This document shows, one piece after another, positions 38,531 to 48,439 of a DNA stretch of 64,000 nt. Source of the stretch: an uncultured Actinomycetes bacterium (GTDB lineage Bacteria; Actinomycetota; Thermoleophilia; UBA2241); assembly GCA_963725665.1 (NCBI GenBank), contig CAVRZA010000004.1, positions 160,001 to 224,000 of the forward strand, in the 5' to 3' direction. A program made the translations under genes and the position numbers. The notes under the pieces were generated by a model that worked only from the letters and a program-made list of their open reading frames with translations, was not told the DNA's origin and ran no database searches. Position 1 is the first letter of the stretch. The number at the start of each line of letters is the position of its first letter.

Positions 38531-39175
38531 TCACGCGAGCTCCGTAGCCACCATCACGGCTTCGTAGGCCGAGGCCGCCCAGCCGTCGGCGCCGATCTGG
38601 TCGGCCCACGCCTGAGTGGTAGCCCCACCTCCGACCATGACCTGGTACTTGTCGCGCGTCCCTTGCTCCTTGAGCGCTTCGATCAGGTCGCGCTGCCCTA
38701 CCAGCGTAGTGGTCAGCAAGGCAGACATGGCGATGATGTCCGCGTCGACCTCCTTCGCCTTGTCGACGAACTTGAAGAGGTCGACGTCGATGCCCAGGTC
38801 CCAGACCTCGAAGCCCGACGTCTCGAAGAGGAGTCTGAGGATGTTCTTGCCGATCGAATGCAGGTCGCCCTTGACCGTGCCGAGGACGATCTTGCCCTTC
38901 TTGGGCCCCTCGCCGCCGCTCTCCCTGATCTTTGGCTCGAGGATCTCCATGGCCGCTTGAAAGGCCAGCGCGGCCTGCATCAGCTCGGGCAGGAAGATCT
39001 CCTCGCACTCGAACTGCTCGCCGATCACGTTGAGCCCGGGCAGAAGCCCCTGATCGATGATGGCTTTCGCCTCGACACCCTCGGCGAGGGCATCGTCGAC
39101 CGCCGCGAGGACCGCGTCCTGGTCCTGGTCGATGACCGCCTGCTTGAGCTTCTCAAAGACCTGTTCGTCTGTCAT
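38531..39175 (-). CDS. Methyltransferase cognate corrinoid protein (MtmC/MtbC/MttC-like)
   Basis: IFLPELM cap domain, GTVKGDLHSIGK (DxHxxG), SALLTTT, VGG. Confidence 0.93.
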   Translation of the reverse strand: MTDEQVFEKLKQAVIDQDQDAVLAAVDDALAEGVEAKAIIDQGLLPGLNVIGEQFECEEIFLPELMQAALAFQAAMEILEPKIRESGGEGPKKGKIVLGTVKGDLHSIGKNILRLLFETSGFEVWDLGIDVDLFKFVDKAKEVDADIIAMSALLTTTLVGQRDLIEALKEQGTRDKYQVMVGGGATTQAWADQIGADGWAASAYEAVMVATELA

Positions 39176-39253
39176 CTGGTGCGCTCCCTGTCCCTTCTTC
39201 AGCCTGCGCTGTTGTTCAGGCCGATCGTCGCCCGTGTCGTGGCCGCCGGGTCG

Positions 39254-40711
39254 TCACGCCCGCGCTTCTTCCAGGGGCACGGCGTCGCCGGCGACGATGC
39301 CGGGGAAGCGTTCCCTGATGGCATCGTCGAGGTCGGCGTCCCACACCGCCGGATTGGCCTGCGAAAGGATGCGCAGCGCCTCGGCGAGCGCGCGCGAGCG
39401 GATCTCGGGCCGTCCCGCATCCTCCCACTGGGGCCGCATGCCGCGGTCGGCCAGCCGCGGCAGCACCGCGGTGGTCCGCATGCGCGCCTTCGTGTGCTTG
39501 CGGCCCATGTAGCTGCCGCCGGGGCCGACCGCGGCGATCTCGTCGATGGCCAGGTTCTCGTCGCTGAACTCGAGGCCCCGCCAGACGCGCTTGTCCATGA
39601 GCGCGACCTCGTTGTCGATGACGCACTTGGCGAAGTCGAAGGCCATGAGCGAGCTCAGGAGGCCGCCCATGTTGAGCAGCGTCGCGCCGGCGGCGACGCC
39701 GAGGAGCGTGTTCATCCCCGTTTCAAAGCCCGACTGCGCGTCGTTGGCGTGCGCGTTGGTGAGGCCGATGTAGCCCCCGGAGGGCACGTCGTAGTAGCGC
39801 GCCATCTGCGCCACGCCAGCCAGGAGCATGCCGGTCTCGATGGCGCCGGGGGCGTAGGCGCCCGTGCGCATGTCCGCCACGGTGGGCAGGCTGGCGTAGA
39901 TCACCGGTGTGCCCTCGGCGACCATCTGCTGCAGCGCGGTGATTGCGAGGAACTCGGCATTGGCGACGACCAGACAGCCCAGCAGCGTCATCGGCGCCGT
40001 GAGCCCCGCGTTGGGCACCACCGTCGTGTAGACGGGCAGGCGCCGCTCCGTGAGCCACATGACCGCCTCGGTCGAGTCGACGTCCATCGTGAGTGGGCTG
40101 ACCATGGGGCAGTAGTGGTGGTTGATGATCGGGCGCTCACGGTAGGCATCCGCGCCCCCGGCGATGAGCTCGCCAAGCGCGATCACCTGGCGTAGGTCGT
40201 CCATGGTGGGCGTGTTGCTGCGCACCGGCTTGAGGCAGTTCTTCAGCGCGGGATAGAAGCGGCTCAGGCTGTGCTGCCCGGGCGGGGCGTCGTCGGCCAG
40301 CGTAGAGATGCTGAAGACGTCGAACCCGGGCAGCTCGTTGATGAGGTAGGCGATAGTGGCGATGTCGGTGGAAGTCGCGCGGCGTTCTACGCCGGTGACC
40401 GGGTCGACCACGTTGGGCGCCGAGGAGCCGGTGACGACGACGGGACCGTCGTCGGGGATGGTGCGGTCGAACCCGGGGTCGCGGCCGCGGAACGTGAAGC
40501 TGCCCGGCGCCATCGTGCGATATCTCTCCACGACGGCGCCGGGCAGCTTCACGAGGCCGGTCTCGTCGTCGACGAGGCACCCATGCTGGGCGAGTATCTC
40601 TCTCGCGCGCGCGTTGTGCGCGAGGACGCCGACCGACTCGAGGACCTCGAGCGAGGCCTCGTGGGTGCGCTCGACCTCCTCCGGCGTGAGCAGTTCGAAG
40701 AACGCTGCCAT
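39254..40711 (-). CDS. MttB-superfamily methyltransferase, pyrrolysine-free
   Basis: EASLEVLESVGV, SPL, APMTLLG, DMRTG, DAQSGFE. The Pyl site is occupied by Leu (YIG-L-TNAH). Confidence 0.92.
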   Translation of the reverse strand: MAAFFELLTPEEVERTHEASLEVLESVGVLAHNARAREILAQHGCLVDDETGLVKLPGAVVERYRTMAPGSFTFRGRDPGFDRTIPDDGPVVVTGSSAPNVVDPVTGVERRATSTDIATIAYLINELPGFDVFSISTLADDAPPGQHSLSRFYPALKNCLKPVRSNTPTMDDLRQVIALGELIAGGADAYRERPIINHHYCPMVSPLTMDVDSTEAVMWLTERRLPVYTTVVPNAGLTAPMTLLGCLVVANAEFLAITALQQMVAEGTPVIYASLPTVADMRTGAYAPGAIETGMLLAGVAQMARYYDVPSGGYIGLTNAHANDAQSGFETGMNTLLGVAAGATLLNMGGLLSSLMAFDFAKCVIDNEVALMDKRVWRGLEFSDENLAIDEIAAVGPGGSYMGRKHTKARMRTTAVLPRLADRGMRPQWEDAGRPEIRSRALAEALRILSQANPAVWDADLDDAIRERFPGIVAGDAVPLEEARA

Positions 40712-40716
40712 CAGGC

Positions 40717-42006
40717 CTACACCTCACTCTCGCCGGCGGGGGCCGGGGTGGCGGGGGACTGGGCACGGGCGGGATCCGAGCCAGCGACGACGGCCGCCGA
40801 CGCGGCGATCTCGGCCAGCTCTGCAATGTGGCTCTCAATGAACTCAATCAACTTCACCTGATGCTCGAGGTACATGAGGTACTCGTCGTCGTTGCGCGCT
40901 GTCTTGTCCTCGTAGTAGGCGGTGACGTCCCAGTTGAGTACGTACAGGTTGCCGTTGGCGATCATGCGCGGCAGCAGCGCCAGCTCGGCCGCCGACATGG
41001 GACCGGGCTCGTCGTGCCTGGCAGCCTCGTCCTGGTAGGCGCGCACGAAGATGGCGGTCTTGTCGAGCCACAGCTCACCGCTGTCCGGCCCCTCCCAGGA
41101 GCTGCAGAAGTACGCCAGGGCGAGGCCCAGGTCAAAGAGGCGGTAGTCGAGCTTCGACCAGTCGAAGTCGAAGAAGCCGGTGCACGAGGACCCAGACCAC
41201 TCCACGGGGCGCATCGCGACGGCCTCCTGGTCGACCCACTTGAGGTTGCCGGGGTGGAAGTCGCAGTGCACTGGGATGAAGGGCATCCCCAGCAGCTGTG
41301 GCTCGATCGCGGTCCCCTTCTCGATGACCTCGAGGATCGCCGGCAGCTTGGCGAGGAAGTATTCGTCACTGCGCGTGTCGGTCGCTTGGGTCGCGCAGTC
41401 CTTGAAGGTGGCCGGAAGGCTGCGCAGCAGGTCCATGATCGGCGGCTGTTCGCGGGCGAGGCCTCGCGGATCGAAGTCGTGAGCGCAATAGTGGAAGTCG
41501 GACAGCACGCGCGCCGCGCTGTCAAGCTCTCTGTCGGTGCAGCGGTTCTTGACCCACGTGTACCTGTCCGCGCCGCTGAGCATCTCGTAGACGGCGAAGA
41601 AACGCACGAGCGTTCCGCCGTCGAGGACCTCCTCCCGAGTGACGAACGTGCCCGCGGCTTTGGTCGGGAAGACCTGCGCCGCCAAGTGGAAGCCTTTGCG
41701 GTTGATGTGACTCACGAGCGCGTGCTCGAAGCGGACTTCGCGCTCGGTGATGGCGCGGTTGTACTTGCGCACGAAGTAGCGGCGCTCACCGCTGCCGTCG
41801 TCGGCCCAGATGGCGAAGCTCAGGTTGACGTAGCCGCCGGTGATCTGTTCGATGCGCACGAACGCGCCCAGGTCGTAGTCGGTGGTGAAGACCTCGACGA
41901 GCTGCCCGGCGAGGAACTCCCATTCCAGCACGTCGCGCAGATGCGTGGTCTCCGCGACGAGGCTCTTCGTCAGCTCGAACAGCTCGTTCGCTCGCCGTAT
42001 GTCCAC
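40717..42006 (-). CDS. APH / homoserine kinase type II-like phosphotransferase
   Basis: GGYVN, FVRKY, HCDFHPGN, FDFDW. Confidence 0.88.
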   Translation of the reverse strand: MDIRRANELFELTKSLVAETTHLRDVLEWEFLAGQLVEVFTTDYDLGAFVRIEQITGGYVNLSFAIWADDGSGERRYFVRKYNRAITEREVRFEHALVSHINRKGFHLAAQVFPTKAAGTFVTREEVLDGGTLVRFFAVYEMLSGADRYTWVKNRCTDRELDSAARVLSDFHYCAHDFDPRGLAREQPPIMDLLRSLPATFKDCATQATDTRSDEYFLAKLPAILEVIEKGTAIEPQLLGMPFIPVHCDFHPGNLKWVDQEAVAMRPVEWSGSSCTGFFDFDWSKLDYRLFDLGLALAYFCSSWEGPDSGELWLDKTAIFVRAYQDEAARHDEPGPMSAAELALLPRMIANGNLYVLNWDVTAYYEDKTARNDDEYLMYLEHQVKLIEFIESHIAELAEIAASAAVVAGSDPARAQSPATPAPAGESEV

Positions 42007-42031
42007 AGCGCTCCCCCTCAGATCCGTGCCT

Positions 42032-42844
42032 TCACGCGACGACGCACCGCATCCCCGCGCGCTCTATCTGCTCGCGCGCGGGCTCCTCGACGCTGTCGTC
42101 TATCACGACCACGTCGACCTGGTCCGCGCGACAGATCACCACGTCGGCGACCACGCCGATCTTGCTGCGGTCGGCGAGCACGATCACCTCGCCGCGCGTG
42201 TGGTCGATCATCGCGCCTTCGATGCTGGCCATGGCGAGGCTCGGTGTGGTCACGCCCTCTTCGAGGTCGAACCCGTCGGCGCCGATCAACGTCTTGCCGG
42301 CGCGGAAGCGTTCCAGGTGCTCGAGGGCCGGCGGACCCTCGACCGCGTTCGTGCGCGGGCTGTAGAACCCGCCCAGCAGGATGAGCTCGAGGCGCAAGCC
42401 TTGGGCCTCGGTCACGGCGCCGACGTTGTGCGTGATCACCCGCGCCTGGAGCGCGGGATCGACGTGGCGCAGAACGCGTGCCGCCGTGGTGCCGTTGCTC
42501 AGGAACACCGTCTCGCCGGGCTGGATCATGGCCGCCGCCGCCTTGGCGATGCGCCCTTTCTCCTCCGTGTGCGCCGCCGCGCGCTCGACGTAGAGCGGCT
42601 CTTCGAGCATATGGCGCTTGAGGATCGCGCCGCCGTGGGTGCGCAACAGCATGCCCTCGGCTTCGAGCCGCTCGAGGTCCCTGCGGATGGTCATCTCCGA
42701 GACGCCGAGATCCTCGCTCAGCGACGAGACGCGCACCTCGCGCCGCTCGTTGAGGATCTCGACGATGCGCACGCGGCGCCCGGCTGGGATCATCTCACGG
42801 ACCTCAGGGACTCCTGTCGGTGACACTGGTTCCCTTGTGCTCAT
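42032..42844 (-). CDS. DeoR/GlpR-family transcriptional regulator
   Basis: VSEMTIRRDL, RTHGGA, GTT, LADRSK. Confidence 0.93.
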   Translation of the reverse strand: MSTREPVSPTGVPEVREMIPAGRRVRIVEILNERREVRVSSLSEDLGVSEMTIRRDLERLEAEGMLLRTHGGAILKRHMLEEPLYVERAAAHTEEKGRIAKAAAAMIQPGETVFLSNGTTAARVLRHVDPALQARVITHNVGAVTEAQGLRLELILLGGFYSPRTNAVEGPPALEHLERFRAGKTLIGADGFDLEEGVTTPSLAMASIEGAMIDHTRGEVIVLADRSKIGVVADVVICRADQVDVVVIDDSVEEPAREQIERAGMRCVVA

Positions 42845-42862
42845 GGTTGCCGCCCGGCGATT

Positions 42863-42889
42863 CCGAACATAGTCGCACACATCATAGCA
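42863..42889 (-). promoter_or_regulatory. Extended -10 promoter (TGCTATGAT) with downstream ATGTTCG box
   Basis: Minus strand tgctatgatgtgtgcgactatgttcgg just upstream of the deoR start. Confidence 0.5.
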
Positions 42890-43046
42890 CTCGCCGACCG
42901 GATTCAAGCTGTGCAGTTCTGGGAGATGTTGGGCGGCCCTGCCGGGTGTTGAGAGTGGCAGACTAGTCGAAAAGTCTTGACATCATAGGAGCCGAGGAAG
43001 AAGGTTGCGCCGACAGGTTTGGCCATGCTGAGCATTGGGGGTCTCT

Positions 43047-44690
43047 ATGGCAGACGCCATGTCCACACCACCGACCGGCAGCGGTCCTCCGGGGGGCGCG
43101 CCAGTCCTCGACGAAGACACCAAGCAGCTCCACGAAATGGGCTACGCCCAGGAGCTCGACCGCCGCATGAGCGGCTTCTCCAACTTCGCGATCTCTTTCA
43201 CCATCATCTCGATTCTGTCGGGCTGCCTCACCGTCTACTCCTTCGGTCTGCAACACGGCGGCCCGCCGGTCATCAACTGGGGCTGGCTGGGCGTCGGCAC
43301 CATCGTGTGCTTCGTCGGCCTGTCGATGGCCGAGATCTGCTCGTCCTACCCGACGGCCGGTGGCCTCTACTACTGGTCGGCCAAGCTGGCGCCCGGCAAG
43401 AGCGGGCCTTGGTGGTCGTGGTTCACCGGCTGGTTCAACCTGCTGGGGCAGGTCGCCGTCACGGCCGGCATCAGCTTCGGCTGCGCCTTCTCGTTCGCGG
43501 CCTTCCTCGCCGAGTACACCAACCAGAGCTACTGGCTGTCGCCGGGGCACGTCCTCGCCGTCCTGTTCGTCGTCCTCGCGTTCCAGGGCCTGTTGAACAC
43601 CTTCAGCATCCGCCTGGTGGCCCTCCTGAACGACATCTCGGTCTGGTGGCACCTCATCGGTGTGGCGGTCATCGTCTTTATCCTGTTCTGGGGGCCCGCG
43701 AAGACGGCAAACGCCAACTCGTTCTCGTTCATGTTCGGCAGCGAGGGGTGGAACGCGTTCGCGGGGCTCTCTGGATTCACGATGCCCGTCTACGTGGCGC
43801 TGCTCGGCCTTCTGAACGCGCAGTACACGTTCACCGGCTACGACGCCTCGGCCCACGTCTCCGAGGAGACGATCAAGGCGAACGTCGCCGCCGCGAAAGG
43901 CATCTTCAACTCCATCTGGGTCTCGCTCATCGCCGGCTTCATCCTGCTCGTCGGCGTGAGCTACGCGATCCCGGACTTCTCGCACCCGGTCAAGTTCGCG
44001 GGGTCGGTGATGACGGACTATGCCTCGTTCGCCGTGGTGTACCCCTGCTGGGCGGCGACCTTCGTTGACGCGGCCGGCAGGTCGGCGGCCCTGCTACTCA
44101 TCCTGGTGGTCGGCGTGGCGCAGTTCTACTGCGGCATGTCGTCGGTCACGGCCAACTCGCGCATGATCTACGCGTTCTCACGCGACGGCGCCGTCCCCGG
44201 TCATCGCCTCTGGCACACGGTGAGCAAGAAGCGGCGCGTCCCCGTCGCCTCGGCCTGGTTCGGCGCCGTGGGAGCGTTCCTCATCTCCATCCCCTACCTG
44301 TGGAACTACACCGCCTACAACGCGGTGGTGGCCACGGCCGTCGTCGGCCTCTACATCGCCTACATGATCCCGGTGATTCTGCGCCGCATCAACTCCAAGG
44401 CGTTCGTGCCGGGCCCGTACAAGCTGAACCCGACGTTCAGCTTCGTGATCAACTGGATCGCCATCATCTGGGTGGTGTTCATCTGCATCGTGTTCCTGCT
44501 GCCGCAGTGGTCACCGATCACTGTCAAAACGTTCAACTACTCGCCTGTCATTGTGGCGGCCGTCATCGGGTTCGCCGGCATCTACTGGTTGGTGAGCGCT
44601 CGCAAGTGGTTCAAGGGACCGAAGGTCCAGGGCACGGCCGAAGAACTCGCCAGGATCGAGCGCGAGCTCACCGAGTTCGACGTAACGTAA
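43047..44690 (+). CDS. APC-family amino acid/amine permease (GABA/choline-type)
   Basis: MGYAQELDR, FSNFAISF, AEICSSYPTAGGLY, GYDASAH, SRMIYAFSRDG. Confidence 0.93.
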   Translation: MADAMSTPPTGSGPPGGAPVLDEDTKQLHEMGYAQELDRRMSGFSNFAISFTIISILSGCLTVYSFGLQHGGPPVINWGWLGVGTIVCFVGLSMAEICSSYPTAGGLYYWSAKLAPGKSGPWWSWFTGWFNLLGQVAVTAGISFGCAFSFAAFLAEYTNQSYWLSPGHVLAVLFVVLAFQGLLNTFSIRLVALLNDISVWWHLIGVAVIVFILFWGPAKTANANSFSFMFGSEGWNAFAGLSGFTMPVYVALLGLLNAQYTFTGYDASAHVSEETIKANVAAAKGIFNSIWVSLIAGFILLVGVSYAIPDFSHPVKFAGSVMTDYASFAVVYPCWAATFVDAAGRSAALLLILVVGVAQFYCGMSSVTANSRMIYAFSRDGAVPGHRLWHTVSKKRRVPVASAWFGAVGAFLISIPYLWNYTAYNAVVATAVVGLYIAYMIPVILRRINSKAFVPGPYKLNPTFSFVINWIAIIWVVFICIVFLLPQWSPITVKTFNYSPVIVAAVIGFAGIYWLVSARKWFKGPKVQGTAEELARIERELTEFDVT

Positions 44691-44835
44691 GTCATCCAAT
44701 TGCCGTGTGAGCAGACCTCACCCGACAGCCCCGAGTGTGCGGACGGGCGGCGCGGCAGCGCCGCCCGTCCGCTTTGTTTTGCAGCTTGGGCGGCGGTATC
44801 GTAGCCTGCGCGACGCTGAGAGCCGAGGAGGGGTC

Positions 44836-45456
44836 ATGACCGAGCCGCGCGAGATCGCCGACACCGCCAAGGAGGTCGTCCCCGGCCTCTTCCACTGGCA
44901 GATCCGCAACAGCAGCATCGGGGGCGGCATATCGAGCTCCCACGCCCTGCAGGTCGACGGGGAGAGCGTGTTCATCGACCCGGTGCGGCTCGGTAACGAC
45001 GCTCTGGCCGCCTTACCCCGGCCCAGGGCCGTCCTCCTCACCGCGAGATGTCACCAGCGCTCGGCGTGGCGCTACCGTAAGCACTTCGGGCTGGAGGTCT
45101 GGCTGCCCGAAGACGCGTCGGCCGCCGACGAGGAGCCCGACCGCCGCTACGCGGAGGGCGATGTGCTGCCCGGCGGGCTGCTGGTAGTGCGGACGCCGGG
45201 CCCCGAATGGCCGCACTACTCGTTCGTGCGGCAGGACGAGCCCGGCGTCCTTTTCTGCTCCGACCTCATCTCTCACGATGGCGCGGGGGAGCTGCGCTTC
45301 ATCCCCTTCGAGTACCACGAGGATCCCGCCGCGACGCGGCGCAGTGTCGGGAAGCTCCTCGACCTACAGTTCTCGATCCTTTGCCTGGACCATGGCGAGC
45401 CGCTCGTCGACGAGCCCAAAGAGGCTCTGCGGCGGCTGCTCGAGGAGACGGCCTGA
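44836..45456 (+). CDS. Metallo-beta-lactamase-fold protein
   Basis: VFIDP, LLT..CHQR, RTPG, LFCSD, LDHGEP. Confidence 0.7.
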   Translation: MTEPREIADTAKEVVPGLFHWQIRNSSIGGGISSSHALQVDGESVFIDPVRLGNDALAALPRPRAVLLTARCHQRSAWRYRKHFGLEVWLPEDASAADEEPDRRYAEGDVLPGGLLVVRTPGPEWPHYSFVRQDEPGVLFCSDLISHDGAGELRFIPFEYHEDPAATRRSVGKLLDLQFSILCLDHGEPLVDEPKEALRRLLEETA

Positions 45457-45519
45457 CCGCCCTCCTGAGCTGCCGCCCGGAGCCTAGTGCGGCCCGGATC
45501 GCCGCCTCCTTGACCTGAC

Positions 45520-45744
45520 TTAGCCACCCCCGATGGGCGGGAAGAGGGCTACCGTGTCGCCGTCGTGCAACTCGTCGCTGAGTTCGGCGTGACGGCCGTT
45601 GACGAAGCGCAGGAGAGCCTGCTCTGGGCCGATGCCTAGGTCGGCAATGAGGTATGCCAGCGACGACCCGTGGGGGAGGTCGCGCGCCTGAGTCTCGAAA
45701 CGACCGTCACGCAGGGTGGCGTGGAGCTTGATCGTGACCCGCAC
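45520..45744 (-). CDS. MoaD/ThiS sulfur carrier
   Basis: VNG...LHDGDTVALFPPIGGG C-terminal GG. Confidence 0.85.
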   Translation of the reverse strand: MRVTIKLHATLRDGRFETQARDLPHGSSLAYLIADLGIGPEQALLRFVNGRHAELSDELHDGDTVALFPPIGGG

Positions 45745-46402
45745 GGGCCCCTCCGGTGCTTTCGCCTCGCGAAGATGAGGCCGGTGCGGCTCGTGCCACG
45801 AGCCGCACCGGCCCCTCGGGCAGCATGTCGGCGAGGCCGGCGTCGAGGGGGAGGCGGAGCGCCCGCCCGCCGAGCTCGACACGGCGGGCGCTCCGCCAGA
45901 AGCGCTCTGGTCTTGCGTTGAGGAACGCGACCAGATCGTCAGACTCCACCGACACGCCTCGCGCGAGCAGGCGTTCGCCCAGCAGCGGCAGAACGGTGTT
46001 GAAGAGGCACACCTTCACGGCCCCCCGGCCGGCGCCCTGACCATCCCGTTGAGGGCCCGATCGGTCGCCCTGCGGCAGGGTGATGCTCTGCCGCATGGTA
46101 GCCAACACGCCACCCCGCCGCAGGCAGGCGCCCGCCAGGCCGGGCAGCGCTCCCGAGAGAGCGAGACGCGACCCGGCGTCGAGAAAGCAGCCGTCGAGGT
46201 CGTCGACCGGGTGACCGTCGACGCAGACCGTCTTCACGCGCCGCTCGATCTCGTCGACCGACAGTCCCAACCGCCCGTGCAGGAACTCCCGCGGCGTACA
46301 TGGCTCCGCGACCGCTACGCCGACCCCCGTCATCAGCAGGGGCAGGAACTCGGCGACGGGCACCGCCTCGAAGACGAGCAGCAGCTCGGCCCGCTCCTCC
46401 AT
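45707..46402 (-). CDS. Conserved hypothetical protein in the AOR operon (C-terminus uncertain)
   Basis: VDGHPVDDLD...LALSGALPGLAGA, lying between aor and the moaD-like gene. Confidence 0.6.
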   Translation of the reverse strand: MEERAELLLVFEAVPVAEFLPLLMTGVGVAVAEPCTPREFLHGRLGLSVDEIERRVKTVCVDGHPVDDLDGCFLDAGSRLALSGALPGLAGACLRRGGVLATMRQSITLPQGDRSGPQRDGQGAGRGAVKVCLFNTVLPLLGERLLARGVSVESDDLVAFLNARPERFWRSARRVELGGRALRLPLDAGLADMLPEGPVRLVARAAPASSSRGESTGGARAGHDQAPRHPA

Positions 46403-46448
46403 GGGCCTCCTCCGCAGCGACGTGGCCTGCTCGACCCGGTCGTCCCTC

Positions 46449-48185
46449 CTACCAGCTCATGACCGCGTCGAGATCCTCGTCGGTCACTTCGAAGGTCAGG
46501 TCGTGCGGCGCCAACGGCTCTTTGGAGAAGAACGCCGGCAGCCGGTCGTCGGCCGACGTGAAGCCGGCCCGCCGGTTGAAGTCGCGCTCCGTCTCGAGGA
46601 TCTTCTTGCCCAGCGCCGTGACGTCGTCGCCGCTGACGGTCGTCCCGCTGAACGCTCCCAGCAGCTCGAGCAAAGCGTCGAAGGTCTCTGGCTGATCGAG
46701 GACGGCAAACGCGATGAACAGGCACATGCCCGTCGCATCGATGGCCGCCGTGGCGATCTGCAGGCTGCGCGAGAGGTCGGCCTGCCCCTCCGGCTTGAGC
46801 GGGTCGACGAACCCTCCGACCTTCAGGATGTTGGTGGCTATGGCGTAGCCGGCCGTATGGTCAGCGCCCATCGGGCTGGTCGCGTAGGTGACGCCGATCC
46901 CCTGGATGGCCCGCGGGTCGTAGGCCGGCAACGCCTGCCCCTTGACCACGGGCACGTGTTCGACGCCGAGCACCCGGCCGGTGACGGCCGCGCCGCTGCC
47001 GATGATGCGGCCGAGCGGCGTGCCCTCGCCGACCTGCTTGAGCAGGTCGATCGCGCCCGGACCGTCGCCGAACTCGAGCAGCCCGGCGTCCATGGCGACG
47101 GCGATGGTCGTGCCCATCTCGATGGTGTCCAGGCCGATGTCGTCGTCGAGCCGGTCGAGCTGGGCGATGATGTCGAGGTCGTCGATGCCGCAGTCGGCGC
47201 CGTGCGCCCACACGGTCTCGTACTCGGGCTGCTTGGTGACGTAGTTGCCGTCCTTGTCGTTGAAGATGCCCGAGCAGCGGATGACGCAGCCGCTGTTGCA
47301 GGCGTGGGTGGCCAGCCCGCCGCGCTCGATCTCGAGGGCGGCTTCGGCCTCACCGCTGACCCGGGCGGTGCCGGCGAACACGCCGACGCGGAAGTTGTCG
47401 GTGGGATAGCCGCCAGCCTCGTTGATGATGTTGGCCAGGACGTTCGTGCCGTAGGCCGGCAGGCCCTCGCCTGTGACCGGATGCTTCTTCAGCCCCTCGA
47501 TCCAGGCCTTGTTCGCGGCCGCGAAGCGCTCCGGCTCCTTGGGTTGGCGACGCGTGGTGCCGGTGGCATCGAGGACGATCGCCTTGACTCCCTTGGCGCC
47601 CATGACCGCACCGACGCCGCCGCGCCCGGCATGACGCGTCGGATGCAGCTCCATGTCGGTGCAGGCGATCGATGCGGCGCTCAGGCGCATCTCGCCGGCC
47701 TGGCCGATGCACATGGCGGCGATCTTCTCGCCGAACTCCTGCTTGAGGCGCTCGACGGTGTCGTAGGTGCCGAGGCCGCGCAGATAGTCGGCCGGGCGCA
47801 CCTGCACGCCGTCGCGCGACACGATGATCAGGAACAGCGAGCCCTGGGCGGGTTTGCCCTCGAGGACGATGGCGGCATAGCCGAGCTTGGCCAGGGCGTC
47901 GGCCACCTCGCCACCTGCGTTCGATTCCTTGATGCCCCCGGTGAGCGGGCTCTTGCAGCCGACGGACAGGCGCCCGGACATGGCCGCCGTGCTCCCGCTC
48001 AGCATGCCGGGGGCGATGACGAGCTTGTTGTCGGCGCCCAAGGGATGAGCGTCGGGTGGGACTTCGCGGGCGACGACGGTCGAGGTCATGCCTCGGCCTC
48101 CCAGACCGTCGTAGTCACCAGGGGGCGCTGTACGCGCGCGGGGCCCTCCTTCGGCGGACATGTCGATCCTCAGAACCGTGTCCAT
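46449..48185 (-). CDS. aor: Tungsten-type aldehyde:ferredoxin oxidoreductase
   Basis: KSPLTGGIKESNAGG, AGRGGVGAVMGAK, CNSGCVIRC, PEYET, DDIGLDTI, YDPR. Start MDTVLRID with GGAGG RBS. Confidence 0.93.
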   Translation of the reverse strand: MDTVLRIDMSAEGGPRARTAPPGDYDGLGGRGMTSTVVAREVPPDAHPLGADNKLVIAPGMLSGSTAAMSGRLSVGCKSPLTGGIKESNAGGEVADALAKLGYAAIVLEGKPAQGSLFLIIVSRDGVQVRPADYLRGLGTYDTVERLKQEFGEKIAAMCIGQAGEMRLSAASIACTDMELHPTRHAGRGGVGAVMGAKGVKAIVLDATGTTRRQPKEPERFAAANKAWIEGLKKHPVTGEGLPAYGTNVLANIINEAGGYPTDNFRVGVFAGTARVSGEAEAALEIERGGLATHACNSGCVIRCSGIFNDKDGNYVTKQPEYETVWAHGADCGIDDLDIIAQLDRLDDDIGLDTIEMGTTIAVAMDAGLLEFGDGPGAIDLLKQVGEGTPLGRIIGSGAAVTGRVLGVEHVPVVKGQALPAYDPRAIQGIGVTYATSPMGADHTAGYAIATNILKVGGFVDPLKPEGQADLSRSLQIATAAIDATGMCLFIAFAVLDQPETFDALLELLGAFSGTTVSGDDVTALGKKILETERDFNRRAGFTSADDRLPAFFSKEPLAPHDLTFEVTDEDLDAVMSW

Positions 48186-48439
48186 GGGCACCTCCCGTGA
48201 ACGGTGGACCACCCGGCGGCGGCTCCGGTCCCGGCTCCTGCCGAGAAGTAGGAGCGCCGGAGGACGGTTCACGACGGACCCGCATATGTTAGTAATCCTC
48301 AGACTACTCCCTGGGCCGTTCATCGGGAAGCGTTCTCGCGTGCTACGGCGCCCTGCAGGTGGGGTGCTAGGATGAGCGCGTAGGCGGCCCCGGCGCCAAG
48401 GGCGCCGGGGCCGCCGGTTCGCCAAGAGGGGAGGGTGAC

